64,000 bases of DNA from positions 32,001 through 96,000 of the forward strand of contig JANRKS010000035.1 of the NCBI GenBank assembly GCA_033763315.1. Direction: 5' to 3'. The translations under genes were made by a program, and so were the position numbers. How positions within the stretch are numbered: position 1 is the stretch's first letter; each line of letters starts with the position of its first letter. Below the pieces are notes generated by a model. The model was not told the origin of the DNA and searched no databases. It saw only the letters and a program-made list of their open reading frames with translations. Shown here piece by piece: positions 1 through 9,805 of the stretch. Source of the DNA: Deltaproteobacteria bacterium (GTDB taxonomy: Bacteria; Myxococcota_A; Polyangia; Fen-1088).

Positions 1-93
1 GAAGCTTCGCTGGCAAACGGCGCCTGCCCGCTGTGCGATCAGCCGGGGCCGCTGCGCGAGCGGCCTTGATCGGCAGCTGGCGCGTCCGCGCTT

Positions 94-1008
94 TCATTTT
101 GCCAGTTCAGCCATCTCTGCGCCTGACAGAGCGCGCTTGTAAAGGCGTAGTTCGTCGACCAGCCCGTTGAACGTTTCCGATAACGCACCACTGGCGTCGT
201 TCTGGTTGGCGCACACAACCACCGCAGAGGTGCTGGTGCCGAAGCTCCCGCTTGCGTTGCCGATGGCCACCTGGGTTCCGTTGACGTAAAAGCGCAGCAT
301 CGTGCCGTCGTATGTGGCGCCGAGGTGCGACCAAGTGCCCGTGGCCAAGGCCGAAGGTGATTGCAGCGATCCCACGTCTCCAATGAATCCAGGCACGGCG
401 TTCGTGAAACCAAGCCAGTAGTGCTCCGCCAATCCGGTGCCTTTTTGCCGCGAAAACACCACGGAATAACGGTTCGTCAGAGCAGCGGGCTTGACCCACG
501 CGGCAATGGTGATCGCATTTGTGACTTCATTGAAGCTCGTTGAATTGTTGGCCGTGAGCCCGCCTATGCCATCGCACTTCACAGCACCGGCGGATTTGCC
601 TGCCACCCAGGCGCTGCTGGGCTGCAGCGTCACAAGGGTTGCGTCGTTCGCTTTGCCCGAATCGTCTTTCGCCACAGTCGCTGTGCCAGTTTGATCAAAC
701 TTCCAATACCCGATCAGCCCTGCGGCCAGCGTTGATGCCCCACCCATGTTCATGGCGCCGCCCGTGTTCATCGCGCCACCCATGTTCATCGCGCCGCCGG
801 TGTTCATCGCGCCGCCGGTGTTCATTGCGCCGCCGGTGTTCATTGGTCGACCGCCCCCACCGCCGCTGCCTGCCGCACCTGAGGCGTCGCTTGCGACGCT
901 GCCATCGGTGAGATCGTCGACCCCCGAGGGACGGCCCTCAGGCGCGCACGCGATCAGAGCGAACAACAACGGCAGCGTTGGTGTCAGGCTTGGTAACCAC
1001 TTTGACAA
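94..1008 (-). CDS. LamG/concanavalin A-like domain lipoprotein with Gly-rich repeat linker
   Basis: Lipobox-like LFALIAC, (GGAMNT/M)x6 linker, then GYWKFD...DDSGKAN, TIAAWV, WSHLGATYDG..LRFYVNG, FNGLVDELRLYKRALS (laminin G-3 type motifs). Confidence 0.8.
   Translation of the reverse strand: MSKWLPSLTPTLPLLFALIACAPEGRPSGVDDLTDGSVASDASGAAGSGGGGGRPMNTGGAMNTGGAMNTGGAMNMGGAMNTGGAMNMGGASTLAAGLIGYWKFDQTGTATVAKDDSGKANDATLVTLQPSSAWVAGKSAGAVKCDGIGGLTANNSTSFNEVTNAITIAAWVKPAALTNRYSVVFSRQKGTGLAEHYWLGFTNAVPGFIGDVGSLQSPSALATGTWSHLGATYDGTMLRFYVNGTQVAIGNASGSFGTSTSAVVVCANQNDASGALSETFNGLVDELRLYKRALSGAEMAELAK
736..843. repeat. Six tandem 18-bp coding repeats (MN[T/M]GGA)
   Basis: Units such as cgcgccgccggtgttcat repeated six times in frame within the LamG lipoprotein. 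Confidence 0.9.
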
Positions 1009-1173
1009 GTCCGAACTCCTTGCAACGAGTCGTCAGCAGCGGCGAGCTTCTTTTTTGCTCAACGTCCCATCATATCACAATTTGTAACAGAGGTGTCGTA
1101 TCGAAGAGGCCTCCATGCCCAGTCCAGATCTTTACATTGGCGCACCGAGGGCAGCTCCGCCGTCGTAAAACGC

Positions 1174-1213
1174 AAAAACGCGGGCAAGCTCGCATGAGCC
1201 GCCCGCGCTTTTT
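1174..1213 (-). terminator. Intrinsic terminator after the Cys-rich lipoprotein gene
   Basis: Minus strand reads gcgcgggc-ggctc-atgc-gagct-t-gcccgcgt followed by TTTTGCGTTTT, 12 bp after the stop at 1225. Confidence 0.7.
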
Positions 1214-1224
1214 GAAACTGAGAC

Positions 1225-2013
1225 TTAGTTACCGACGGATGCGTCGGCGCCGCTGGCCGCGCCACCGCCGAACACGCTGCACTGGCTGGCAAGGTTAATC
1301 GTGCTTGAGCAAGCGCCGAGGAACGGATCGCACACGAGGCCGGCAGCACAGTCACCATCGCCGGTGCACTTGTCGCCCGTGGCCAATCGTTCTTTACACG
1401 CGCCTGCGACACAACGAAGGCTTTCCAAGCACGGCTTTGTTGCGTCGCAGGCGCTGTTCGACGCACCACGCGCGGTGCACTTATAAAAAGCATCCGCCTT
1501 GCCACAATACTGGCCCGCGCCACATTGCTCGCCAGGGTTCGAACAAAGCGCATCAATCCCAACCACCTTTGCGGGGCCACAAACGCCTTTGTCGCAAATG
1601 AGGCCCGCTTCGCAATCAAGTCCGATGTTGCAGGTGTCGCCCGCCTTGCCCACGCCTTCGAAGGTGCGGGAGCAGGTCTCTCGCAAGCTTTGCCAGTTTT
1701 GCGCCGTGATGATCGCGGTGAACAAGCGCTTGCTGTCCGAAATGCACTTGAGCCCTTTGGCCTCTCGGAACACGCGCGCGGGCGGCATCTTGAGGGCGTT
1801 GGCTTCTTGCACGCAGTTGCCTTTGCGTGTGGAGATGCAGGCGGTTTTCTGCGAATCGCTGAAAGCACAAGCAGCCAGGCCGTCACATTCGGCCGCAGCC
1901 CTTTGGTTACAGTAAACGTCTTCGGTGAACGGTTCGCCGCTGTCACCACCACCACATGAAGCAAGGCTCATAAGCCCCGCGATTGCTGAAAGCACGATCT
2001 TTGTTTTCGTCAT
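1225..2013 (-). CDS. Cys-rich lipoprotein (myxobacterial disulfide-rich type)
   Basis: ATG 2013 with GGGAG RBS, lipobox SLASC, many Cys in CxxxxDC..GLxC repeats. Confidence 0.7.
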   Translation of the reverse strand: MTKTKIVLSAIAGLMSLASCGGGDSGEPFTEDVYCNQRAAAECDGLAACAFSDSQKTACISTRKGNCVQEANALKMPPARVFREAKGLKCISDSKRLFTAIITAQNWQSLRETCSRTFEGVGKAGDTCNIGLDCEAGLICDKGVCGPAKVVGIDALCSNPGEQCGAGQYCGKADAFYKCTARGASNSACDATKPCLESLRCVAGACKERLATGDKCTGDGDCAAGLVCDPFLGACSSTINLASQCSVFGGGAASGADASVGN

Positions 2014-2130
2014 GATAACTCCCAATGATTAGAGGGGTCGATTTGACCCCAAAGGGCATCCAAAGGCAAGGCGGCCCCAAAAGCAAGCCTTGCCCTGCAT
2101 GCGTGTTCCACTGCGTTTTTTGTAAGTCGT

Positions 2131-3690
2131 TTATTTTGCGTAGTCCGTGGCGCGCGTTTCGCGCACAACAGCCACTTTGATTTGACCGGGAAACGACAGC
2201 TCTGATTCAACCTTGCGGGCGATGTCTTTGGACAGCAGCCGGGCCTGATCGTCACTGATCCGGCTGTTTTCAACCAAAACGCGCACTTCGCGGCCCGATT
2301 GAATCGCGTAAGCCTTCGATACCCCGGGGAAACTGGTTGCGATGTGTTCAAGATCGCCCAAGCGCTGAACGTACGATTCCAACATCTCGCGCCGCGCCCC
2401 CGGCCGCTGACCAGACAACACATTCGCCGCATCAACAAGATGGTCAAACACATCAGTGGCCGCCACATCTTGGTGATGGGCTTCAATCGCATGGCAAACC
2501 ACGGGTGGCTCGCCAAACTTTCGGGCCACAGCGGCGCCCACCTGCGCGTGCCCACCTTCCATCTCCTGCTCCACAGCTTTGCCCACGTCGTGCAAAAGGC
2601 CCGCGCGGCGAGCCAACTTCACATTAAGGCCCAGCTCACCCGCCATGGTGCCAGCGAGGTAGGCCACTTCGATCGAGTGCTGCAAAAGGTTCTGCGCGTT
2701 ACTTGATCGGAACTTCAAGCCCCCCAGCAAATTCAAAAGCTCGGGATGCATTTTTCCCAAGCCCAGATCAAACAGCGCTTGTTCAGCGGCGTCGCGACAT
2801 TGCTGCGCGACTTCTTCTTCCGCTTTGAGCACCATCTCTTCGATGCGCGACGGGTGGATGCGCCCGTCAGCGATCAGCCGTGTCAAAGCAATGCGTGCGA
2901 TCTCTCGGCGCACGGGATTGAAGCACGAAATGACAACGGCCTCAGGCGTATCATCGATGATGAGATCGATGCCCGTGGCCGCTTCAAGCGCGCGAATGTT
3001 GCGACCTTCGCGACCAATGATCCGCCCCTTCATATCATCCGAAGGCAGCGGCACCGTTGATACCGTGCGCTCGGTGACGTACTCGCTCGCGTACCGTTGA
3101 ATGGCGGCGCCCAGCACCATGCGCGACTTCTCTTCAGCTTCCTTGCGCGCGCTATCTTCAATGCGCCGCACGTCGGCGGCCGCCGCCAGACGTGCTTGTT
3201 CACGTTCTGCTTCTTCCAAGGCGGCGCGCGCTTCTTCGGCGTTCATACCGGCCACACGTTCAAGCTTCGCGCGTGCTTCGGCCGATAAAGCGGCGGCATT
3301 TTTCGACACCGCTTGTGCGGCTTCTTCTCGCGCTTCTAGATCTTTGAGCTTGCGACGCAGGCTTTCTGATTCGGACTCGACCTCTTTTTCGCGTCGGTCC
3401 AAAGCGTCGGCCTTGGCTTGTGCTTCGCCTAGTTGACGTTGCACCTCGGCTTGTTGCGTACGCAGTGACTCCTCGAGTGAAGCACGCGTTTTTCTCGCGG
3501 CTTCCTGCGCGTCGAGTTCCGCTTGTTTGCGGATCGTCTGCGCCTCGGCGTGAGCCGCCTCAAGCAGACGGCGTTTTTCTTCTTCGCCTTGGGGCATGGG
3601 CTTTGGCTTGCCTGCACGGCCAGCCACGAAGGCCACGAGGCCCGCGAACATGGCTGCCACGGCAGCCACCAGGAATGTGAATGCGGTCAT
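2131..3690 (-). CDS. rny: Ribonuclease Y
   Basis: N-terminal TM, coiled coil, KH motif MKGRIIGREGRNIR, HD domain (HSIEVA...GLLHDVGK), C-terminal AIQSGREVRV...FPGQIKV. Confidence 0.97.
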   Translation of the reverse strand: MTAFTFLVAAVAAMFAGLVAFVAGRAGKPKPMPQGEEEKRRLLEAAHAEAQTIRKQAELDAQEAARKTRASLEESLRTQQAEVQRQLGEAQAKADALDRREKEVESESESLRRKLKDLEAREEAAQAVSKNAAALSAEARAKLERVAGMNAEEARAALEEAEREQARLAAAADVRRIEDSARKEAEEKSRMVLGAAIQRYASEYVTERTVSTVPLPSDDMKGRIIGREGRNIRALEAATGIDLIIDDTPEAVVISCFNPVRREIARIALTRLIADGRIHPSRIEEMVLKAEEEVAQQCRDAAEQALFDLGLGKMHPELLNLLGGLKFRSSNAQNLLQHSIEVAYLAGTMAGELGLNVKLARRAGLLHDVGKAVEQEMEGGHAQVGAAVARKFGEPPVVCHAIEAHHQDVAATDVFDHLVDAANVLSGQRPGARREMLESYVQRLGDLEHIATSFPGVSKAYAIQSGREVRVLVENSRISDDQARLLSKDIARKVESELSFPGQIKVAVVRETRATDYAK

Positions 3691-4352
3691 GATGATCGTT
3701 CAGTTAATGGTTTTGAGTTGGCGCACCGGATGACCTGTTGGTCTGTGACAACCCAATCAACAAATACATCCAACGGTTCAACGGGGCAGCGCGCGACAAT
3801 CTGAAAATCGAACCCGACGCCCAAAAGCAGCGGCCTAGCCAGGGGTGGCAAGCGCCCTAAGGCTTCGTCATAGAAGCCTCCGCCCCATCCCAACCGGGCC
3901 CCGGTTCGATCGAAAGCGAGCCCAGGAACCAAAATGGCGTTCAACGACTCAATCGGCACCACAGGGGCTGAGGCCACGGGCTCGCGTAGACCGAACGGTC
4001 CTTGCGTCCAATCGCGGGGCCGACACGTTCGGTGAAACATCAAGCGCGGGCGCGATGCCGCCACGCGAGGCCAAGCCAATACGGCGCCAGTGCGTTGACG
4101 TTGCAACAGCGCTGGGTCTGGATCGATCTCGCGACGGATGGCCTGAAACCCAGCCAAAGTGCCTGCGTTCTTGAAAGCCGCAATCGTTAACAAATTTTGT
4201 GCAAGCGCCGCCGACGCCGTTTGCACAAAGGCCGACGTGCACGCCTGCCGTCGCAGAGACATTTCATCTCGCAGGCGACGTTTCAGTTCGGCAACAGGAT
4301 CGACCAAACGGGTCGTGCCGACAGGCGTAGAAGAAGCGGGAGGAAGGGGCAT
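3687..4352 (-). CDS. ygfA: 5-formyltetrahydrofolate cyclo-ligase
   Basis: K..LR start, LVPGLAFDRTGARLGWGGGFYD motif; zapA-ygfA-rny order. Confidence 0.92.
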   Translation of the reverse strand: MPLPPASSTPVGTTRLVDPVAELKRRLRDEMSLRRQACTSAFVQTASAALAQNLLTIAAFKNAGTLAGFQAIRREIDPDPALLQRQRTGAVLAWPRVAASRPRLMFHRTCRPRDWTQGPFGLREPVASAPVVPIESLNAILVPGLAFDRTGARLGWGGGFYDEALGRLPPLARPLLLGVGFDFQIVARCPVEPLDVFVDWVVTDQQVIRCANSKPLTERSS

Positions 4353-4498
4353 GGTGGTATCGGGTCAGTGGGAGGGAAACCCCACGGACGGCCCACTTTA
4401 GCCTCGAACCCCCGGAAAACAGAACACAAATTCGAGCAAAGGTGCGCCAACATAAAGTGCTTTTGGGCACACTGCCAACCGCAACAAACGTGTGGCGG

Positions 4499-4783
4499 CT
4501 AAACAACGGCGTTGCGTTCGATGAGCTTGAGTAACGCGTCTCCTTTGGCCCGTACCTTCGCCTTGAGCTCGGCCAGAGCCTGCCGTTCGCGGTCGAGCTC
4601 CTCGGCCAGTTGCAACGCCACCAGTATCGCCACCTGCTGGGTGTCGACGCCGCGCCCCCCCTTTTGCACGGCTTTGAACCTCGCGTCCACGCCGGCCGCG
4701 ATCTTGCGCACCTGCTTTTCTTCGCTGTCCGTTCGCAGGCCTATCCGCTGGCCCGCAATTTCCACTGTCAGCGATCGTTTCAT
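4499..4783 (-). CDS. zapA: Cell division protein ZapA
   Basis: VEIAGQRI...AAGVDARF...AILVALQLAEEL plus C-terminal coiled coil; synteny with ygfA. Confidence 0.9.
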   Translation of the reverse strand: MKRSLTVEIAGQRIGLRTDSEEKQVRKIAAGVDARFKAVQKGGRGVDTQQVAILVALQLAEELDRERQALAELKAKVRAKGDALLKLIERNAVV

Positions 4784-4831
4784 GGCGCGCCGAACACTAA
4801 CACCGGCCGAAGAGCCGCGAAATGTGGATGT

Positions 4832-5206
4832 TTAAGCGTTTCCGAGCGGCTTTGCCGAGACGTTTGTGGCTTCAGGCAAATTGGGCAAACTCGCCAGCAG
4901 CACACGCTCGGCCAAGCTAACGTCCATGAGGCGAATGCCCATGCCCGCGCCCATCGGCGAATCGTTAACCCAACGAACCTCGCCGCGCAGCTCGAGCGGC
5001 TCGGCTTGCGTGGGTAGATAAACCCATAGTCGTGCCATTTCGCCCTGCGAATCAAGGTATTCACTTGAAAAGAACAGGCCTTCGGCACTGACGTCTGTCA
5101 CCGAGCCTTCAAGCGTGAGATTGGAGCTCACGTAGCGAGCGGTCACCGAAACACGACCGCGGCTGACCCTGCGTTTATCGGCGGATCGAGAAAAGGTGGG
5201 GTACAT
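4832..5206 (-). CDS. PilZ domain protein (putative c-di-GMP receptor)
   Basis: RxxxR (KRRVSR) and DxSxxG (DVSAEG) motifs, GEVRW, GMGIRL; start placed at ATG 5206. Confidence 0.82.
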   Translation of the reverse strand: MYPTFSRSADKRRVSRGRVSVTARYVSSNLTLEGSVTDVSAEGLFFSSEYLDSQGEMARLWVYLPTQAEPLELRGEVRWVNDSPMGAGMGIRLMDVSLAERVLLASLPNLPEATNVSAKPLGNA

Positions 5207-5517
5207 GCGGCTCCGGTGGCGTGTGGCCATTGTGACCAGAGGCATCTGTGCGTTCAAGTGGAATGTTTGGGCACCAGTACCCCACCTACGACACCGGCCC
5301 GGCAGGAGTTGCCCAGCCAGAGCCTCTCTCGACGCCGTCCAAAGGCGCGGTACGCGGGGCCGCCGGCCGAGTGGAACGCTATTACGCGCAGCGCTAGGCA
5401 AAAACTTCCCACCCCTAGCAAACATCGCTTATAATAGTAAGGACGATTTCTTTCAGCTCGGTCGTTTTTTCCTAGCAGCGGACGAGGCGAAAGCGAAACG
5501 CCACTCGGGTACAGGTC

Positions 5518-7320
5518 TTGAGTTTCACCATCACATACGGAGCGGAACGGTACGCAACCACGTTGCCTACCGCGGCGTCTGCGCAAGCGGTGGGAGCCTT
5601 GTTGCCGGTGGCCGCACTCAAAGGCATTCGCGAACTGGCAGATCCCCGCGGCGAAGGCACCAACGGGGTGGCGCACCAAGTGTTTGGTCGCAAGCGCGCC
5701 GCGGATCTCGTCGCGCGCAGCCGTGCCGCGGATCTACAAGCCACAGCCGTGGCCACGAGTGACGCTTCGGATCGCGTGATCACCGTGCACCAAACCGCCA
5801 AAGCGGCCGCCAGTCTCTCTGCGGGGTTTGCACAAGGCGAAAGTCTGCAAGCCGGATCGCTGTCGTTTGCGATAGACGGCCGCGACTATTCTGTGGGCAT
5901 CGCACGCGGTGCTTCCTTGGGCGACGTGGCAGAGGCGATTCGCGGCACCGGCGCCGACGTCGATGCATCGGTGTCAGTGGAAGATGGCCAGCAACGCTTG
6001 TCGTTGGTTCGCCGGTCCACTGGATACCTCACAAGCCTCGGCGCCGAAAGCGCCTTGAGCATTCGTGAATCCTTTGACGGCGGCGAAGGGCGAACGCTGG
6101 ATCTCGCTCCCGTTCAAACAGCGCAGAACGCACGGGTCACCGTTGATCAACAAACCATCGAGCGCCGATCAAACACAATAAGCGACGCTGTGCCCGGCAC
6201 AACGTTGCGGATCGATGAGAACACGGGGCGCTCGCAAGTGCTTGAGGGGCGCGACGCCGCCACGTTGTCCCGCGGGGGCAGCGTGAGCGCGTTCACGGTG
6301 AGCGTGCAACAGATCGCGGCGGCCGCTGAGGCGCGCTCAACAGAGTTCGCGTCGCCGTACGATCAGGTGCAAGGGGGCAACGTTCTCATCAAGGTCGATG
6401 GTGGCCAGTATTGGATCCCCGTCAATGAAGGCGCCAGTCTTATGCAGACCGCCGCAAGCATCAACGCTTCTGGCGCGCCCGTACAAGCAAGTCTGCAACG
6501 GCAGGACACCGGGGTGTCCTTGGCCATCACGGCAAAGCAAACGGGCTTTGAACCGGGCACCAACCCGGGCGATGCCTTGCAAGTGTCATTCGAGGCGACG
6601 GGCAGCGCGGGCAAGAGTTTGACCTTCGCTGTGGTACGGCAGGCACAAAACGCACAAGTGTCTCTGAACGGCCAGGCCATCGAAAGCCGCTCAAACGAAT
6701 TGGCGAGCGCCGCGGGCATTCCTCGCTTGTCATTGAAAGAACCCACCAGCGCGCCTCAAACGCAAGGGGCCGCGCCCGACCCGACGAAGCTGAGTGAACG
6801 GCCGACCGCCGCAGCTCAAGTCGCGCGCCTGCTGCAGGAACAAGTCGTGGCGCTTGTTGCACAACCCGTCGAGGCTGGGGTTGCGGCGGCACAAGCGAAA
6901 AAGCTTTACGCGGCCGTTGACGACAAGACCGCGGGCCCGGCCAGCAAAGCCACGGCAAAGCTCAAGCCGCAGGACAAGCCCACGGATGCGAACGCTTCAC
7001 GGTCTGCTTCGCCGACAAATGCCGACGGTGCCAACAGTGTGTTGGCAAGTGCTTTGGCCGAGTCCGCCAACGAGGCACCCGTCGAGGCCGTGGCGCCCGT
7101 TGGCGCTGAGGACACCCAACCCCAAAAGGGCGCTCTAGGCGCCCTTCTTGAGCAACTCAAGAACGGACCGCCTAAAGCTGAACGCAGCAAGCCGTCGCCT
7201 TACGCACCACCCAATGAGGAAACCAAAGCGGGCGGGTTCAGCAAAGAATCTCTTTATGCCAGCCACAGGCACGCGCTTGGCCGCAAAGCCAAACACGCCT
7301 ACGCGCAACACGCGGCATAA
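5518..7320 (+). CDS. FliD/HAP2-like protein with duplicated cap module and low-complexity tail
   Basis: Two copies of the hook IN-motif region (SLGDVAEAIRGTGADVDASV / SLMQTAASINASGAPVQASL), each followed by AQNA.V...G..IE..SN as in FliD. Confidence 0.65.
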   Translation: MSFTITYGAERYATTLPTAASAQAVGALLPVAALKGIRELADPRGEGTNGVAHQVFGRKRAADLVARSRAADLQATAVATSDASDRVITVHQTAKAAASLSAGFAQGESLQAGSLSFAIDGRDYSVGIARGASLGDVAEAIRGTGADVDASVSVEDGQQRLSLVRRSTGYLTSLGAESALSIRESFDGGEGRTLDLAPVQTAQNARVTVDQQTIERRSNTISDAVPGTTLRIDENTGRSQVLEGRDAATLSRGGSVSAFTVSVQQIAAAAEARSTEFASPYDQVQGGNVLIKVDGGQYWIPVNEGASLMQTAASINASGAPVQASLQRQDTGVSLAITAKQTGFEPGTNPGDALQVSFEATGSAGKSLTFAVVRQAQNAQVSLNGQAIESRSNELASAAGIPRLSLKEPTSAPQTQGAAPDPTKLSERPTAAAQVARLLQEQVVALVAQPVEAGVAAAQAKKLYAAVDDKTAGPASKATAKLKPQDKPTDANASRSASPTNADGANSVLASALAESANEAPVEAVAPVGAEDTQPQKGALGALLEQLKNGPPKAERSKPSPYAPPNEETKAGGFSKESLYASHRHALGRKAKHAYAQHAA

Positions 7321-7368
7321 GTTGCGTGCTTTGCACCCTAACCAGCCAGCCGCTACGCTGGCTGAACG

Positions 7369-8157
7369 ATGACCCCACCACGCACGCGTTCGCGAATCTG
7401 GCTGACCCTAGCGGCGCTAGCGTCTTTCACGGTGGGTGCCGCTGTGATCGACAGATGGACGGTGCAGGCGAGCAGCATCGTTCCCAAGTTAACTTGGTTC
7501 GGCCAAGCGTGCTTTTTGATGGAGACGCCTCAGGGCACCCGCGTGTTGATGGATCCCACCTCGACAGCCGCCACGCAACCCTTGCCCGAAAGCATCGCCG
7601 CGGACCTCGTGACAGTGAGTCACGAACACGGGGATCACAACAACATCAAACTGGCCTTCGGCACACCCAAAGTGCTGCGTGGCCTCACGCCCGACAAGAA
7701 GGGGTGGATGAAGATCAACGAGAAATATCGTGATCTCTCTGTGCGCACCATTGGCGTGTACCACGACGATGAGCTTGGGCGCGAGCGCGGGTTGAACTCG
7801 ATCTTTGTCTTCGAGGTGGCGGGCATGCGTATCGCGCATTTGGGGGATTTGGGGCACACCCTCACCGATCGCCAACTTTCTGATCTGGGGCAGGTCGATG
7901 TGGTCCTGGTGCCTGTGGGCGGCACGTTTACGATCGACGCAGAGCGTGCCGCGCGCGTGGTGGATCAGATCCGCCCGCGGCTCATTGTTGTGCCCATGCA
8001 CTACGCCACCAAAGGCAGCACCAACAAAGACCTGGCCTCGGTCGATGCGTTCATCGCAGGCCGCCCTCACGTCCGGCGCGTGGACAGCAATACGTTGGTT
8101 CTCAATGCCATCAAGAAGCGCCCCGGCGCCGAAGTGGTGGTGATGAACTACAATTGA
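7369..8157 (+). CDS. MBL-fold metallo-hydrolase with N-terminal membrane/signal segment
   Basis: WFGQACF, SHEHGDHN, HLGDLGH, VPVGGTFT, PMHY motifs. Confidence 0.88.
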   Translation: MTPPRTRSRIWLTLAALASFTVGAAVIDRWTVQASSIVPKLTWFGQACFLMETPQGTRVLMDPTSTAATQPLPESIAADLVTVSHEHGDHNNIKLAFGTPKVLRGLTPDKKGWMKINEKYRDLSVRTIGVYHDDELGRERGLNSIFVFEVAGMRIAHLGDLGHTLTDRQLSDLGQVDVVLVPVGGTFTIDAERAARVVDQIRPRLIVVPMHYATKGSTNKDLASVDAFIAGRPHVRRVDSNTLVLNAIKKRPGAEVVVMNYN

Positions 8158-8236
8158 GCCGGCCGCGCGCAGCCGGTTTGCGAGCGACGACTTGACGTAC
8201 TGGCGCACAATGCCCAAGCTGGCTGGTTGAGGCCCC

Positions 8237-9049
8237 GTGACCTTCCCCACAATCGACTTCATAACAGCGGCCCGAACCAGAACCTCGGTGGCAGCCGCCT
8301 TGGCCCTGGCTTGCTGCGTGTCAGGCACATTCGCAAACGCTCAGTCAGAAGCGATCTCGTCGACCGCACAGGGTTACCGTTCGCCAAAGCACTGGGCGAT
8401 GGAGCTTCGGATGGGGCCCTACCGCCCTGACATCGACAGTGAGTTTGGTGACGTACCCGAGGCCCAGCGGCCGCACCAACTCTACTTTGGCAACAAACGT
8501 CGCCTGCTCAGCCAAATTGAACTCGACTATCAAATTTGGAACGGTTTCGGCTCCCTCGGCATCGGCGCGCAGGTTGGTTATTTTCGCGAAACCGCCAAAG
8601 CGTTCGTCGCGCCCACTGACGGCAGCGTGCCAAGCGTACGTTCGGGCGATGACACGCGGTTGATGCTTGTGCCCACGTCGTTGTCGCTGGTGTATCGCCT
8701 TGACGTGGCGGCCGTGCGGCTTGGAATTCCGCTTGTGCCCTACGCGAAGGCCGGCATCGATTGGGTGTATTGGTCGGTGGCCAACGGCAACGGCGGTGTG
8801 GCGGCGGACAAATCGACCAACAGCAAAGGCCGAGGCGATGCCACCGGTTATCACGGCGCCGTTGGGTTGTCGCTTCTGCTCGACATCTTTGATCCAGGCG
8901 CTTCGCAAGAATTCGATGCCGAAACAGGCGTGAACCACACGTACCTGTTCTTCGAGCTGGCTCGTTATGAGATCAACGGGCTCGGCTCAAAAGCTCAACC
9001 CCGTTTGGGCGACACAACGTGGTCTGCCGGCTTTATGTTCGAGTTCTAG
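8237..9049 (+). CDS. Outer-membrane beta-barrel protein (MXAN_2562-like)
   Basis: Signal peptide, SP..WAMELRMGPYRPDIDSEF, GVNHTYLFFE, C-terminal aromatic FMFEF Bam signal. Confidence 0.75.
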   Translation: MTFPTIDFITAARTRTSVAAALALACCVSGTFANAQSEAISSTAQGYRSPKHWAMELRMGPYRPDIDSEFGDVPEAQRPHQLYFGNKRRLLSQIELDYQIWNGFGSLGIGAQVGYFRETAKAFVAPTDGSVPSVRSGDDTRLMLVPTSLSLVYRLDVAAVRLGIPLVPYAKAGIDWVYWSVANGNGGVAADKSTNSKGRGDATGYHGAVGLSLLLDIFDPGASQEFDAETGVNHTYLFFELARYEINGLGSKAQPRLGDTTWSAGFMFEF

Positions 9050-9805
9050 ATGGAGGAAAAGCGCGTCCTTCACAGAACGCTTCGCTTGGTGGTGGAGTAC
9101 GATGGGACTGATTTTTGCGGGTGGCAACGGCAAGACAACGGGCGCACCGTTCAACAGACGTTGGAAGAAGCGTTCGAGATCATACTGAAGCATCCTGTGA
9201 CCGTGCGCGGGGCTGGTCGCACGGACGCGGGCGTGCACGCCTACGGGCAAGTCGCGGCGGTTGACATCGACGAGACGATCCCTGCCTATGGTTTCTTGCG
9301 CGGCCTCAACGCCCATTTGCCAGAAGACGTGGCCATCGTTGAGTTGGCCGATGCCACACCGGGGTTCGATCCGCGGCGCGCGGCGCGCGGCAAGATCTAC
9401 CGCTATTCGATCTGGAATCACCCCTTACGCTCGGCGATGAACCGCCGGACCGCGTGGCACGTCAAACCGACGTTAGATCTGGAAAAGATGCACGTAGCCG
9501 CAGCGAAGATCGAAGGCGAACACGATTTCAAAGCGTTTCGCGCCGCCGACTGCGAACGACCGTCCACGCGGCGGCTGATGCGCCGGGTGAGCGTGCGCCG
9601 ACAAGGCGCTCTCATCACGATCGAAGTGGAAGGCACCGCCTTTCTCAAGAACATGGTGCGCATCATCGCTGGCACATTGGTGGGCGCCGGGCTCGGTAAG
9701 ATCGCGGCAGAGCGCATCGATGAGGCGCTGGTCACAGGCGAACGCACTTTGGCGGGCGTCACGGCGCCACCACAGGGGTTAGCCCTTGTTCACGTGCTCT
9801 ATTAG
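9050..9805 (+). CDS. truA: tRNA pseudouridine(38-40) synthase
   Basis: EYDGTDFCGWQRQ, GAGRTDAGVHA, GEHDFKAF, FLKNMVRII, TAPPQGL. Confidence 0.97.
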   Translation: MEEKRVLHRTLRLVVEYDGTDFCGWQRQDNGRTVQQTLEEAFEIILKHPVTVRGAGRTDAGVHAYGQVAAVDIDETIPAYGFLRGLNAHLPEDVAIVELADATPGFDPRRAARGKIYRYSIWNHPLRSAMNRRTAWHVKPTLDLEKMHVAAAKIEGEHDFKAFRAADCERPSTRRLMRRVSVRRQGALITIEVEGTAFLKNMVRIIAGTLVGAGLGKIAAERIDEALVTGERTLAGVTAPPQGLALVHVLY

